From positions 1-57,514 of IMG/VR virus record IMGVR_UViG_3300031920_000146: DNA of 57,514 bases; one strand, given 5' to 3'. Position numbers and translations under genes: made by a program. The notes beneath the pieces were generated by a model. That model had not been told where the DNA came from. It saw nothing but the letters and a program-made list of their open reading frames with translations, and made no database searches. The DNA comes from a virus. This document shows positions 26,297-35,685 of this stretch, one piece after another (positions within the stretch are counted from its first letter, which is position 1; the number at the start of each line of letters is the position of its first letter).

Positions 26297-26470
26297 ATGA
26301 AAGCATACGCTAAAAAGAAAACACCATTCGCTAAATTTGAACTAATCAGTAATGGAGTATTCAACTCAGATTTCCCGAAGGGCTATAACCTGGCAACAGG
26401 AATGTGCGATACCATAAAAATAAATACAAATGTATTCCTTCAGGATATCAGGGAGGTTAAAACAAGATAG
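26297..26470 (+). CDS. Hypothetical small protein (57 aa)
   Basis: Hand-translated ATG ORF; the stop lies 1 nt before the next ATG. Confidence 0.4.
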   Translation: MKAYAKKKTPFAKFELISNGVFNSDFPKGYNLATGMCDTIKINTNVFLQDIREVKTR

Positions 26471-26471
26471 C

Positions 26472-27029
26472 ATGTCAGACACAATAAAAATAACATGTGC
26501 TTGTGGAAGAGCGATACCCCAAAGATTTAATTCCACTATCCAGAACAAACAATGTCCTAAGTGTACTCTTTTGAATTTAACTTCAGGAGATGATAAGGCT
26601 GTTAAAAAAGGACTTCCTGCTAAGAAACAACGAAAGCCAAAGAAGAAAAAGACAAGTAATAGACGGCTGGAAGATGAACTAGACAAGGCATGGTCAATAC
26701 TTATAAAGCTAATTGCTGAAAAGAAATGTGAGCATTGCAGCAAAACAAAATATCTAAATTCCCATCATATTTACAGCCGAGCAAAAAAATCTGTTAGATG
26801 GAGTACAATGAATGGAATATGTCTTTGTGTAGGATGTCATATTGGAGTTAATTTCTCTGCTCACAAGACGCCTACTGAATTTACAGAATGGCTTGTTGAC
26901 TATAAAGGAATGCCATTCATGTCAGAATTAAGATTCAAGGCAAATTTCACTTCTCATTACGCTGATTTCGAAAAAGAACTAATACTAAAAGAACTAAATG
27001 CTGAAATTAACCGATTCCAAAGCCTTTGA
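26472..27029 (+). CDS. NinG/Rap-like recombination endonuclease
   Basis: N-terminal Cys cluster, then LDKAWSILIKL..KKCEHCSKTKYLNSHHIYSRAKKSVRWSTMNGICLCVGCH. Confidence 0.6.
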   Translation: MSDTIKITCACGRAIPQRFNSTIQNKQCPKCTLLNLTSGDDKAVKKGLPAKKQRKPKKKKTSNRRLEDELDKAWSILIKLIAEKKCEHCSKTKYLNSHHIYSRAKKSVRWSTMNGICLCVGCHIGVNFSAHKTPTEFTEWLVDYKGMPFMSELRFKANFTSHYADFEKELILKELNAEINRFQSL

Positions 27030-27042
27030 GCTATTCAAAAAA

Positions 27043-27162
27043 ATGAAAAAAGTAACATGTCCTAACTGTAAAGGCGAAAACAAAAATTGCCCTTACTGTG
27101 AAGGAGAAGGAGTTATGTTTAAAGTTTCAGATAAATTAATGAAGGAGATGAAGATCCTGTAG
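27043..27162 (+). CDS. Tiny zinc-finger protein (39 aa)
   Basis: CPNCKGENKNCPYCEGEG (DnaJ-type CxxCxGxG). Confidence 0.4.
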   Translation: MKKVTCPNCKGENKNCPYCEGEGVMFKVSDKLMKEMKIL

Positions 27163-27189
27163 ACTAAAAAACATTCATTATACTAATCA

Positions 27190-27318
27190 ATGGCAGTAAA
27201 AAACAAATCAAGAAAGTGCATTAATTGCTATAAAAAACATAAATGCACAAAACAAGCTACTTACACAGATAAAAAAACAGGAATTCTCACCTGTCCTTTT
27301 TTTGTTATGAATAAATAA
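27190..27318 (+). CDS. Tiny Cys-rich basic protein (42 aa)
   Basis: MAVKNKSRKCINCYKKHKCTKQ...TCPFF. Confidence 0.35.
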   Translation: MAVKNKSRKCINCYKKHKCTKQATYTDKKTGILTCPFFVMNK

Positions 27319-27445
27319 AACTTTTCTAAATTTTACACAACAAGCGGAGTAATTGATTAACCAGATCATCTTCGCTTTTTTGTGCTTTACTTGTTTTTCT
27401 TATTAATGTTTGTTACATTTGGAGTATTAATAAATAATTATAAAT

Positions 27446-27625
27446 ATGCCGAATAGAAAAAAATCACGATCACAACGTAAGAAACCGATGTCTTTCTCAA
27501 TAAAGACAGCTACTTCAGAGGAATTTATAGATCTTTGCATCATTCATAAGCTGATTGCAAGCAATGAAGTTGAGGCAATGATAGAAGACCGCATAATTGA
27601 ATTAAACAGCTATTCCAAACCGTAA
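27446..27625 (+). CDS. Hypothetical small protein (59 aa)
   Basis: Basic N-terminus, then helices. Confidence 0.4.
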   Translation: MPNRKKSRSQRKKPMSFSIKTATSEEFIDLCIIHKLIASNEVEAMIEDRIIELNSYSKP

Positions 27626-27631
27626 TAAGCT

Positions 27632-28288
27632 ATGAAAACAAGTGTAAACATGTTGCGTAAAATGGGCAAATATAATGTTTCCCAACGCACGAAAGACGGT
27701 ATGTTCAATGCCACAGACCTTATTAAGCAATGGAACAAGTCAAATGATTTAGGAAAGAGAATTAAGGATTTTATTAAACTGTCACAAACAGAAGAATTTG
27801 TTGATGAACTTAAGACTGAACTTGAAAGCCAAAGGGACTTTTCTCCCAATGCTGAATACCAAGTAGTTATTACAATTAAAGGAAGAAACACAAAAAAAGG
27901 CAAAACTCCTAATGTAGTTTGGTATCATCCATATTTATTCATAAAGTTTGCGATGTGGCTCAATCCAAGGTTTGAACTTCAGGTTATAAAGTTCATAGCA
28001 GACCAATTGATTGAAAATAGACACAATGCTGGTGATAATTTCAACGGTCTTACGAGCGCAGTTCAGAAATTCACTGGCATTGATTACCGAACAATGTCGA
28101 AGGGCCTTAATTGGATTGTATTCAATCGCCACGAAAGAGGAATTCGGGACTCCGCATCTCAGGAACAATTATCTGAGCTAACAGATCTGGAAAAGAAAAT
28201 GGCTTTTGCCGTAGACATGGGTTATATTCGGACGTTTGATGAATTGGTGAATGAGATGAGAAGAATGTATCATAAAAAATGGGATTAA
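27632..28288 (+). CDS. KilA-N domain protein
   Basis: ..GMFNATDLIKQWNKS...VWYHPYLFIKFAMWLNPRFELQVIKFI. Confidence 0.65.
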   Translation: MKTSVNMLRKMGKYNVSQRTKDGMFNATDLIKQWNKSNDLGKRIKDFIKLSQTEEFVDELKTELESQRDFSPNAEYQVVITIKGRNTKKGKTPNVVWYHPYLFIKFAMWLNPRFELQVIKFIADQLIENRHNAGDNFNGLTSAVQKFTGIDYRTMSKGLNWIVFNRHERGIRDSASQEQLSELTDLEKKMAFAVDMGYIRTFDELVNEMRRMYHKKWD

Positions 28289-28290
28289 CC

Positions 28291-28530
28291 ATGGCACCAT
28301 CAAACGAAGACCAATTAAAAAGCGACTACGACAAACAAGTTGAATCTGAATCAATATGCAATATCTGTAATTGTGAGATGAAAGTTATTCACAAGGAGGG
28401 AAAGCGGTTCCGATATGACAAAGAACATACCATGTATCAATGCCCAATATGTGGGAATAAGCACCGAAAACGCACTCAGAATGAAGTACTACGTGATATT
28501 GGCAAAATGGATGATAACACTTTAGATTAA
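28291..28530 (+). CDS. Zinc-ribbon protein (79 aa)
   Basis: CNICNC...CPICGNKH. Confidence 0.5.
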   Translation: MAPSNEDQLKSDYDKQVESESICNICNCEMKVIHKEGKRFRYDKEHTMYQCPICGNKHRKRTQNEVLRDIGKMDDNTLD

Positions 28531-28534
28531 AATC

Positions 28535-28861
28535 ATGAAAACACTATTAATAATTATACTATTGACGTTATCAATGTCAATATTCGCGAAAGACAAAATC
28601 GGGTATCTCGTCGCAGTTACCGGGACTGAAAAGATTAAGATTTACAAATGCCAGTCAATCGACAAGGCTGTCGAGTTATTCAACATTTACTTCCCTGGCA
28701 ATTGCATGTCACTTGAAAAAGTGTTGAAGTATTCTAATTACTTTCAGGTTCTTACTGAGAATAGAGGATACTATGTGGAAGCTAAACGGATGATTAGGAG
28801 AAGGCACCTGTTATTCGGAAAGAGAACCGGTAAGATTGTATTCAGAAAATTACGCAAGTGA
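28535..28861 (+). CDS. Secreted hypothetical protein (108 aa)
   Basis: MKTLLIIILLTLSMSIFAKD signal-like N-terminus. Confidence 0.55.
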   Translation: MKTLLIIILLTLSMSIFAKDKIGYLVAVTGTEKIKIYKCQSIDKAVELFNIYFPGNCMSLEKVLKYSNYFQVLTENRGYYVEAKRMIRRRHLLFGKRTGKIVFRKLRK

Positions 28862-28951
28862 TATTGATTATTAAATAATATTTTGTATCTTGCAATCGCT
28901 TTAGTATCCCTTCGTGGATATTTTTTAAACTAATAAATATACAACTGTAAA

Positions 28952-29104
28952 GTGGAGGCATTAAAGATAGATAAAACAAAACTTAAAACAGTTTCCAATT
29001 ATGCAAAGGACATAATGGTTACCAGACAAACTGTATATAATATGGCAAAGGAGAAAAAGGTTAAAATAGTTGTTATTGACGGTGTTCAATTTATTCAACT
29101 GTAA
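28952..29104 (+). CDS. Small HTH DNA-binding protein (Xis/AlpA-like), GTG start
   Basis: ..VSNYAKDIMVTRQTVYNMAKEKKVKIVVIDGVQFI. No in-frame ATG is available upstream, so the start is uncertain. Confidence 0.4.
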   Translation: MEALKIDKTKLKTVSNYAKDIMVTRQTVYNMAKEKKVKIVVIDGVQFIQL

Positions 29105-29135
29105 TTTTTTTGTTTTAATTTTTAACAATTGTAAA

Positions 29136-29846
29136 ATGAAATATTATTTACATGATTCAAACTCCTTTAACGATGAAAAAATAACCCAACTATTCATTAA
29201 GTTCGGATATGAAGGATTAGGTTTATTTTATACTGCATTGGAAAAAATTGCATTACAGGAAAAACCAGTCTCAACAGAGGTGTTAAAACATCAATTAAAA
29301 GTTGGCAAAAGACTTAATAAATGCTGGTCGTTTATGGAAGAAATAGAACTTATTTCATCAAACAATGGTGAAACTTTCAACAAACAATTGCTAAACTTTA
29401 GTGAAAAGTACCAGATAAAAAAAGAAAAAAACGCAAAAAGAATTTCTGAATGGCGTGAAAAACAAGATGTTAAAGAAAATGTAACACGTTCTGAAAGTGT
29501 TCGTAACACTCCTAAAGTAAAGGAAAGTAAAGTAAATAGAAGTAAAGTAAATATAGAGTTTGATATTTTTTGGAATTTATATGATAAGAAAAAAGGTGAT
29601 AAAGATTCCTGTAAAAGAAAATGGGACAAATTAAAAGAGGATGAACAGCAGAAAATAATAGATATTATTCCTGAATGGAAAAAACAATTTTCTGACATTC
29701 AATATCAGCCATTCCCATCTACATTCTTAAATCAAAAACGTTGGAATGACGAATTAATAATTAACAAAATAGCAAATGAAGAAACTGGACGAAATACTAC
29801 GCAATCATCAGAGCCAAATGATGGAGGGTGGAAAATCCATCGTTAA
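29136..29846 (+). CDS. Replication initiator-like protein (DUF4373-like N-terminal domain)
   Basis: MKYYLHDSNSFNDEKITQLFIKFGYEGLGLFYTALEKIA; followed by the DnaC-like loader. Confidence 0.55.
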   Translation: MKYYLHDSNSFNDEKITQLFIKFGYEGLGLFYTALEKIALQEKPVSTEVLKHQLKVGKRLNKCWSFMEEIELISSNNGETFNKQLLNFSEKYQIKKEKNAKRISEWREKQDVKENVTRSESVRNTPKVKESKVNRSKVNIEFDIFWNLYDKKKGDKDSCKRKWDKLKEDEQQKIIDIIPEWKKQFSDIQYQPFPSTFLNQKRWNDELIINKIANEETGRNTTQSSEPNDGGWKIHR

Positions 29847-30450
29847 TAAATTAATTGAACTAACACCGGAAGTTTCAGCTACATTAAAAATCGGAATTTT
29901 CAATACTGGAAAATCAATGGTTCCTGATTTCATATTAAGTGAAGATATGAAAATTGTATTTAATAGCTTATTTTTATATTTTACCGGAAATGGAGGATAC
30001 GACATGAGTAAAGGAATTTATCTTTATGGCGAGTTCGGAGTAGGTAAAACAATCACCATGTCGATTTTTAGTAGATTTTTAGCCACTTTCTTTCCATTCA
30101 GTGCGAATGGGTTCGGAATAACCTCAGTTGAGAAGATATCTGAGTCCTATAGGGATAATGGCAATATTGCAAAATATGGCAGGAATACTGAAGATAACAA
30201 ACCTTTTAATCTTTGCATCAACGAATTCGGAAAGCCAATTGACGAGAAATTCTATGGGACAAATATTCAGTATGTAATTAACTCAATGTTAATGGCCAGA
30301 TATGAAATATTTCAGGAAAAAAAGATACTAACTCATGCAACTAGTAATTTCCATCCTGGTAAATTAGATTGTTTCGACAGTGCACTGATGGATAGATTCA
30401 AGGAAATGTTCAATTTTATAGAAATTAAAGGGGATAGTTTTAGGAAATAA
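29776..30450 (+). CDS. DnaC/IstB-like AAA+ helicase loader
   Basis: Walker A YLYGEFGVGKT. The start is uncertain (ATG 29776, or 29818/29821); it overlaps the upstream gene either way. Confidence 0.6.
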   Translation: MKKLDEILRNHQSQMMEGGKSIVNKLIELTPEVSATLKIGIFNTGKSMVPDFILSEDMKIVFNSLFLYFTGNGGYDMSKGIYLYGEFGVGKTITMSIFSRFLATFFPFSANGFGITSVEKISESYRDNGNIAKYGRNTEDNKPFNLCINEFGKPIDEKFYGTNIQYVINSMLMARYEIFQEKKILTHATSNFHPGKLDCFDSALMDRFKEMFNFIEIKGDSFRK

Positions 30451-30570
30451 ATTATGAATAAAAATTCATGACCGTAGGAGGGAGAGATTAAATCACACCA
30501 CTTGTTACCAACTTGTGGTTATTGCGAACCTCGATTAAATAAACCGAATTAATAATTAAATATTTTTAGC

Positions 30571-31059
30571 ATGGGATTAAATACATTACAAATGGAAATA
30601 GCACTTATGAAAGAGTGTAATTTCAGGCAAAATATAGTAGTTTCTAATGTTTCTTTTGGGATAGTAAGATACTTTTATAATGAAGGCAAAAGATGCTATG
30701 ATGAGTTGCATGAATGTGATATTTTGAAAGTTACATTAACTGGTTATGCTACTGAATTTGAAATAAAAGTAAGTAAAAGCGATTTTAAGGCAGATGCTAA
30801 AAAGAAACATTCACATGACAGTAAATTCATAAAACAACTATATTATGCAATCCCATTTGAAATGCTTGATTTTGCGAAAGAGAACTTACCCTATAATTCT
30901 GGGCTTGTATATGTGAAAAATAATAAAGTTATATATGACATAAATGCACCTGTAAGAAATGACGCATTCAAATGGACGCAAGATGAACTATTTAAATTAG
31001 CAAGACTAGGCACTATGCGAATTTCTACTCTTAAAAGTGCGTTGGCAAAAAATATTTAA
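30571..31059 (+). CDS. PD-(D/E)XK-like protein (MmcB-like)
   Basis: ECDILKVTLTGYATEFEIKVSKSDFKADAKKK pattern; tentative. Confidence 0.4.
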   Translation: MGLNTLQMEIALMKECNFRQNIVVSNVSFGIVRYFYNEGKRCYDELHECDILKVTLTGYATEFEIKVSKSDFKADAKKKHSHDSKFIKQLYYAIPFEMLDFAKENLPYNSGLVYVKNNKVIYDINAPVRNDAFKWTQDELFKLARLGTMRISTLKSALAKNI

Positions 31060-31070
31060 GATTTAATAAA

Positions 31071-31322
31071 ATGGAACGATTTTATAAACAGGTGGAAGAT
31101 TTAGAAAAAGAAAAAGCACAAGAATTGTATAAAGAGATTTGTGCTGAGATTATTGAAAAAAATGGATTAAAAAATACAGCAATAGAAATGCTGACTAATT
31201 TTTGTGATGCTCGTATAAGAGAGCAAATTGAATTAGATAGAAATAGAGATTATTTAACAAAAGTTGCTCCAATTTGGAAAGGAATAAAAAGGGCTGTTAC
31301 AATTATTGGTAATGGAGTCTAA
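31071..31322 (+). CDS. Hypothetical protein (83 aa)
   Basis: The stop TAA is the first triplet of a boundary motif (TAATGGTAAATTGTAAG). Confidence 0.55.
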   Translation: MERFYKQVEDLEKEKAQELYKEICAEIIEKNGLKNTAIEMLTNFCDARIREQIELDRNRDYLTKVAPIWKGIKRAVTIIGNGV

Positions 31323-31393
31323 TGGTAAATTGTAAGTTGACATTTTCCGTTGAAATACCGATAGAATTAGTAAATAACATAAATTTTAAAATT

Positions 31394-31762
31394 ATGATAG
31401 CAAAGGCATTGAAGAACTTTGGTGGACACATGGTATTTTTAGTAGGATTAAGTAGTGGAGTTAGTACATGGGTTTATTACGATGAATATTGGTTAGGTAT
31501 AACACTTATTGTGCTTGGCTACTTTCTTAGCTGTGTTGTACGTGCGATGGCAGCCAGTTATCAGACACCTACAGGCAAATGCAATAAACATATTGTTAGC
31601 GGTTCGGTGCTTTCTGACAAAGAGCTGGAAGAACATATTTGGGAAGAGATAGAACTTCCACTATCAAATACTGATAAAATACTAAATACAGATAGCTATA
31701 AAAAATACTTGGATGTTGTTGAATGGGCGAAGTTCGGGCGCGATTATCGCACTGACCGCTAA
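31394..31762 (+). CDS. Membrane protein (122 aa)
   Basis: ATG at 31394 is preferred, because 31322..31393 matches the intergenic repeat unit. Two TM-like segments. Confidence 0.5.
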   Translation: MIAKALKNFGGHMVFLVGLSSGVSTWVYYDEYWLGITLIVLGYFLSCVVRAMAASYQTPTGKCNKHIVSGSVLSDKELEEHIWEEIELPLSNTDKILNTDSYKKYLDVVEWAKFGRDYRTDR

Positions 31763-31834
31763 TGGTTTGGCTAAGTACTTACCGCTGATGAATAACCGAA
31801 GCATTATAAACGAGATATAATTAAACACTTTAGT

Positions 31835-32071
31835 ATGGATAACAACGAAATTTTAAAACAACTTGAAGACTTATTGATAATTACTTGTGAATCAGAAAAA
31901 AGAGAGATTAGTAAATACCTAAAGTTGTTAAGCGAAGGCAAACAGAAACCAACGAACGATAGCAGTAGTTGTACTATCTGCAACAAAGAAACTGCTTCCG
32001 TTTGCGAAAAGTGTTTAGCTACACATTATAGTACAACTACCGCTAACGTTAAATGTATGCGCTGTATGTAG
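31835..32071 (+). CDS. Cys-rich small protein (78 aa)
   Basis: CTICNKETASVCEKC...CMRCM. Confidence 0.5.
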   Translation: MDNNEILKQLEDLLIITCESEKREISKYLKLLSEGKQKPTNDSSSCTICNKETASVCEKCLATHYSTTTANVKCMRCM

Positions 32072-32143
32072 CGCAGCGAAATATGGCGTATGACATAGTG
32101 TTATATGCTTTTATTAATAATTTTTTAAATAAATAATACAGAT

Positions 32144-32422
32144 ATGGAACAATTAAATTTAACACCAAAGGAACTAAAAAAAATAGGATTTACCCAATTA
32201 AAAATAGAGGGTAACGAAATGAATAAGCCAAAAACAATTTATAAGATTGACTTTATAAATGGATATATTTATTGTAATCCAAATGAAAAGATATACAAGT
32301 GGTATCACAAAACAATATTAGGAGATGCGGCTAATTATATTCATTTAGATATAACTAATAGACCTATATTATATACGCTACTAAGTTGTTTAAATATAGA
32401 TTATGAGCTAGTGATGGTTTAA
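32144..32422 (+). CDS. Hypothetical protein (92 aa)
   Basis: ORF in the cassette array. Confidence 0.55.
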   Translation: MEQLNLTPKELKKIGFTQLKIEGNEMNKPKTIYKIDFINGYIYCNPNEKIYKWYHKTILGDAANYIHLDITNRPILYTLLSCLNIDYELVMV

Positions 32423-32458
32423 TTGCATATAATGGTTTGTGTATGAAATTTAAAATTT

Positions 32459-32659
32459 ATGGATATGAAAAATGAAGACATTAAGGTGGCATGTGAACAT
32501 CTATTCACAGTTATTAAAATGAGTGAAGATAAATTAAGTGAAATCAGAAAGATATGTAAACATGAAAAAACGTATGAAGGTAATTACTCGTGGCGACCGG
32601 GGGCAATACAACTTGCAGACATTTGTGAGTATTGTGGTGAATTGGTACAGTATAAGTAA
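32459..32659 (+). CDS. Cys-containing small protein (66 aa)
   Basis: ..CKHEKT...CEYCGE. Confidence 0.5.
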   Translation: MDMKNEDIKVACEHLFTVIKMSEDKLSEIRKICKHEKTYEGNYSWRPGAIQLADICEYCGELVQYK

Positions 32660-32700
32660 TAAATTTTATTTTTTATACACCTTGTTATAAATTGAAAATT

Positions 32701-32793
32701 ATGAGGAAAATACTTAATAGAATATTGGACGTTATAGCAATAATTTCACTCGCATATATAATACTGTATGCCGTGATAATTTTTTGTTTATAA
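32701..32793 (+). CDS. Tiny membrane peptide (30 aa)
   Basis: MRKILNRILDVIAIISLAYIILYAVIIFCL; the stop is the TAA of TTATAACGGTTTGTG. Confidence 0.35.
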   Translation: MRKILNRILDVIAIISLAYIILYAVIIFCL

Positions 32794-32838
32794 CGGTTTG
32801 TGTTTGTTTTGGAATTTTACGAATTTAAAACTACGAAT

Positions 32839-33171
32839 ATGATTAACGAAAATGTAACAAAAGTACTAGACCAGTTGAAATACATAGCTGAATTTGAAGA
32901 AAGCAAAAACGGAAATAAAGGGCATGTAATATGGAGCTATAACTTTTACAAGCTATCACAAGCTATAGTAAAATTATTAAATAAACATATTATTATGCCT
33001 TCGTTTGCGGAATTAAAGGAAATGAGGTTAAAAACTAGATACAGTATGCGACAAATAAGTAAAAAAACAGGAGTAAGTACCCCAACGATAAGCCGTATAG
33101 AAAAAGGGAATAATGCTGAATACCAGAACGTTAAAAAATTATACGAGTTTTATGTAGCAAATGAGGCATAA
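32839..33171 (+). CDS. XRE-type HTH protein (110 aa)
   Basis: C-terminal MRQISKKTGVSTPTISRIEKGNN. ATG at 32839 (the track start is a GTG inside the boundary motif). Confidence 0.55.
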   Translation: MINENVTKVLDQLKYIAEFEESKNGNKGHVIWSYNFYKLSQAIVKLLNKHIIMPSFAELKEMRLKTRYSMRQISKKTGVSTPTISRIEKGNNAEYQNVKKLYEFYVANEA

Positions 33172-33214
33172 TGGTTGGCTAAGTTTTGAAGTTTTAACGT
33201 AAAAAAAATAGATA

Positions 33215-33478
33215 ATGACAACAGAAGATTATTTTAACCAAGACGATTTACTTGCTACAAGTAAAGTACCAAAAGAGATACGAAGATTTACATACTTCGA
33301 TTTATTAAAGTTCGCTGAATATTACCACAGAAGTGAGTTAAAGCTTTTAAATTTAGACTTTGCTAGCAAGCGAAGCGAACTGTTAATTGGCTTTATGGAA
33401 GATTTACGAAAAAACGGAGAACTACCAGAGTTGCTGAGCATTGAAAAAAGAGCTGCGAATTATTCAGCCAATTTATAG
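33215..33478 (+). CDS. Hypothetical protein (87 aa)
   Basis: ORF in the cassette array. Confidence 0.55.
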   Translation: MTTEDYFNQDDLLATSKVPKEIRRFTYFDLLKFAEYYHRSELKLLNLDFASKRSELLIGFMEDLRKNGELPELLSIEKRAANYSANL

Positions 33479-33564
33479 TTGCTGACGGTAAATTGTAAGT
33501 GCTGACCGCTGTTAGATTACCGAAAGAATTTGAAACGAGAATAAAAATTATAAATTACCGAGCG

Positions 33565-33945
33565 ATGGACATGAAAAAATTAGAATACACAGAAACACAA
33601 CACACTGGAAACCACGGAGATTTCCAAAACGTAATTATACAAGTAAAATTCATGGGAATTAACTTTTACCAACCAGCCAAAATGAAAAGTATATTTAACT
33701 ACAGCTACAGGTTGGCAAAATGGAGAATATTAAGGAATATTAAGCAAGTAATTAAGGGAGACATATTTGAACAGTGGGATGGCAAAGGGTATTCTACGGG
33801 CGCAAGCGGTTTGGATTTACACTTTGTTACCCAGCGAAGCGAACAGTTAAGCGATTTTGAGAAATGGCTTAACGACAAAGAGTACGATTCAATGTGGACT
33901 AAACATTTAATTAGCGAATATAAAAAATTGCTTAATTGTGGGTAA
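33565..33945 (+). CDS. Hypothetical protein (126 aa)
   Basis: ATG at 33565; the upstream part of the track ORF is the intergenic repeat. Confidence 0.5.
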   Translation: MDMKKLEYTETQHTGNHGDFQNVIIQVKFMGINFYQPAKMKSIFNYSYRLAKWRILRNIKQVIKGDIFEQWDGKGYSTGASGLDLHFVTQRSEQLSDFEKWLNDKEYDSMWTKHLISEYKKLLNCG

Positions 33946-34079
33946 CGTTCCGGCTAAGAATAGTGGGCCGCGTAGATACCAATAATGATAAAAATAGTTA
34001 TATAAATTACTAATAAACAAGGACTTAAATGTGGGCCACGCCCATTATTTTTAGACTTTGTTACAAACTTTTAAAAATT

Positions 34080-34295
34080 ATGGATTACAAGACATTGACA
34101 CAACAATCAGACCATAATGCAGCTATTGAAAGAGAAGAATATAACTTATTTGCTACGATAAAGCCAAAACTTTACAAAGATGGCAACCAGTGGTGTTGCT
34201 TATATGGTGAAGATTTGCAGGTTGGAATTGCTGGTTTTGGCGATACACCATGGTTCGCAATAATGGATTGGAACAAAGGATGGCGTAAGCTATAA
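34080..34295 (+). CDS. Hypothetical protein (71 aa)
   Basis: ATG at a fixed distance after ACTTTGTTACAAACTTTTAAAAATT. Confidence 0.5.
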   Translation: MDYKTLTQQSDHNAAIEREEYNLFATIKPKLYKDGNQWCCLYGEDLQVGIAGFGDTPWFAIMDWNKGWRKL

Positions 34296-34411
34296 TTTTA
34301 TTTGTTTATAATGGTTTGGTTAAGTTTTGAAGCCTAACCACAAACGATTAAATTTAGTATAAACTTTACATAGGCTTTTAAATATAGCTTTTGTTATAAA
34401 CTTTTAAAATT

Positions 34412-34561
34412 ATGGATTTATTAAATGATGATACATCAATGACAGTAAGATGTGAAAACTGCGGATGGGAAGGTTACGATGATGAATTAATTAAAAACGA
34501 TGAATTTAGTAATGAAACTTATATGTATTGCCCGACTTGTTTAAGCGATAGAATTGAATAA
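34412..34561 (+). CDS. Zinc-ribbon mini-protein (49 aa)
   Basis: ..RCENCGW...YCPTCL; hand-translated; preceded by CTTTTGTTATAAACTTTTAAAATT. Confidence 0.45.
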   Translation: MDLLNDDTSMTVRCENCGWEGYDDELIKNDEFSNETYMYCPTCLSDRIE

Positions 34562-34682
34562 TTTTTATTGTTTATATAACGGCTCGTGCAAGAATAGTGG
34601 CGATTAACGCACGAAATTAGATTGAAAGAATACAGTAAAAAAGAAAAAAAGGGAGGGTTTTCTTCTCTTAAAAACTAAGAAT

Positions 34683-35546
34683 ATGAAAAACAAATTTAAA
34701 AACAATTGCTGTGATGGAATATATAACAGCTTTGATGTACACTTTACAAGTGCCTGTGATAATAAATGCGCACATTGTATTGATATGAAATACTCTGGTT
34801 TTGATATTAAGAAACCTGATATTAACGCAATTGCAAAAACTATAATCGACAAGCAAGAAGGTTATAATGATGTTTTATTTTTAGGTGGAGAACCTTGTTT
34901 ATATTTACAAGAGTTGATTGACTGCATTAAGCTTGTGAAAGCAAAAACTAAGCTTAAAATATTTGTAACTACTGCCGTGCCAAAAATATGCCACGATAGA
35001 ATTGATTTATTCACAGAGCTTATTGCTTTGGTTGATGGAATGAATTTAAGCGTACAAAGCCACAATGAAGCTGTTGCAGATGAAATAAGGAAGGTTAAAA
35101 GTAAATATGACAGGCAATCTTTTTACAACAACCTACCAAGTAAAGAGAAGATTAGAATTAACCTTAATATTGTAAAGCCCTATTTATACAAAAAAGAGGA
35201 TATTGAAGAGTGTTTACTGCATTACGATAAGATGGGATTTAACTCTATTAAAATAAGTGAAATACAACACGGAAAAGATTATTTTGTTTCTTTTGAAGAA
35301 ACATTTAATTTAAAGCTTGGTACACCTTATTTTAATGGATGCCAAAAATATTTAAAAATGAATGATTTGATACCAAACTTTAAAACTCCAGTACTACTAA
35401 AGAGAAGTTGCTTTATTTGCGAAAAAACGCTAAAAGCCTCTTTTATGGATGGTGTAAAAGTTTGCTCAAAATTATTTACAATAGCTAAGAAAAGCAACTA
35501 TGGAGTTGTTTATGAAAACGGATGTTTAACTAAAGGATGGAGGTAA
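34683..35546 (+). CDS. Radical SAM enzyme (subfamily undetermined)
   Basis: FTSACDNKCAHCID (CxxxCxxC), LFLGGEPCL, and five further Cys in the last ~75 aa (NGC, CFIC, KVC, NGC). Confidence 0.8.
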   Translation: MKNKFKNNCCDGIYNSFDVHFTSACDNKCAHCIDMKYSGFDIKKPDINAIAKTIIDKQEGYNDVLFLGGEPCLYLQELIDCIKLVKAKTKLKIFVTTAVPKICHDRIDLFTELIALVDGMNLSVQSHNEAVADEIRKVKSKYDRQSFYNNLPSKEKIRINLNIVKPYLYKKEDIEECLLHYDKMGFNSIKISEIQHGKDYFVSFEETFNLKLGTPYFNGCQKYLKMNDLIPNFKTPVLLKRSCFICEKTLKASFMDGVKVCSKLFTIAKKSNYGVVYENGCLTKGWR

Positions 35547-35551
35547 AAATT

Positions 35552-35638
35552 ATGTACACAAGAATTTTAAGAAAAGTTGCAAACGCCATTGAAGCAATGG
35601 CAGGACACTGCGGAGGCAGTACGGGACATTGTTCCTAA
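35552..35638 (+). CDS. Unannotated 28-aa His/Cys-rich peptide (candidate precursor peptide)
   Basis: MYTRILRKVANAIEAMAGHCGGSTGHCS. GGAGG sits 8 nt upstream of the ATG, inside the end of the rSAM gene. The ATG starts 5 nt after the rSAM stop, and terminator-like hairpins follow. Confidence 0.4.
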   Translation: MYTRILRKVANAIEAMAGHCGGSTGHCS

Positions 35639-35643
35639 CCAAA

Positions 35644-35685
35644 TTGGCTTGCAAAGCCAAAAGAGCGGTGGCTTTTTCTTTTTGG
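35644..35685 (+). terminator. Tandem hairpins plus T-run after the rSAM/peptide pair
   Basis: TTGGCTT-gca-AAGCCAA, then AGCCA-aaagagcgg-TGGCT followed by TTTTCTTTTT. Confidence 0.5.

Noticed and set aside
26366-26743. Antisense or overlapping track ORFs such as 26366..26743 (-), 29291..29698 (-), 27610..27903 (-), 38266..38544 (-), 1483..1806 (+), 6395..6781 (+), 42573..42890 (+) and 55020..55307 (+).
   Set aside because: Each lies fully inside or opposite a longer ORF with recognisable motifs or synteny. Their translations are low-complexity (F/L/S/I-rich), as expected from reverse or shifted frames of AT-rich coding DNA.
34647-34655. AAGGGAGGG upstream of the radical-SAM gene, considered as its Shine-Dalgarno sequence.
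   Set aside because: It lies about 26 nt from the ATG at 34683, too far for an SD. It is better explained as part of the shared repeat unit (see findings).
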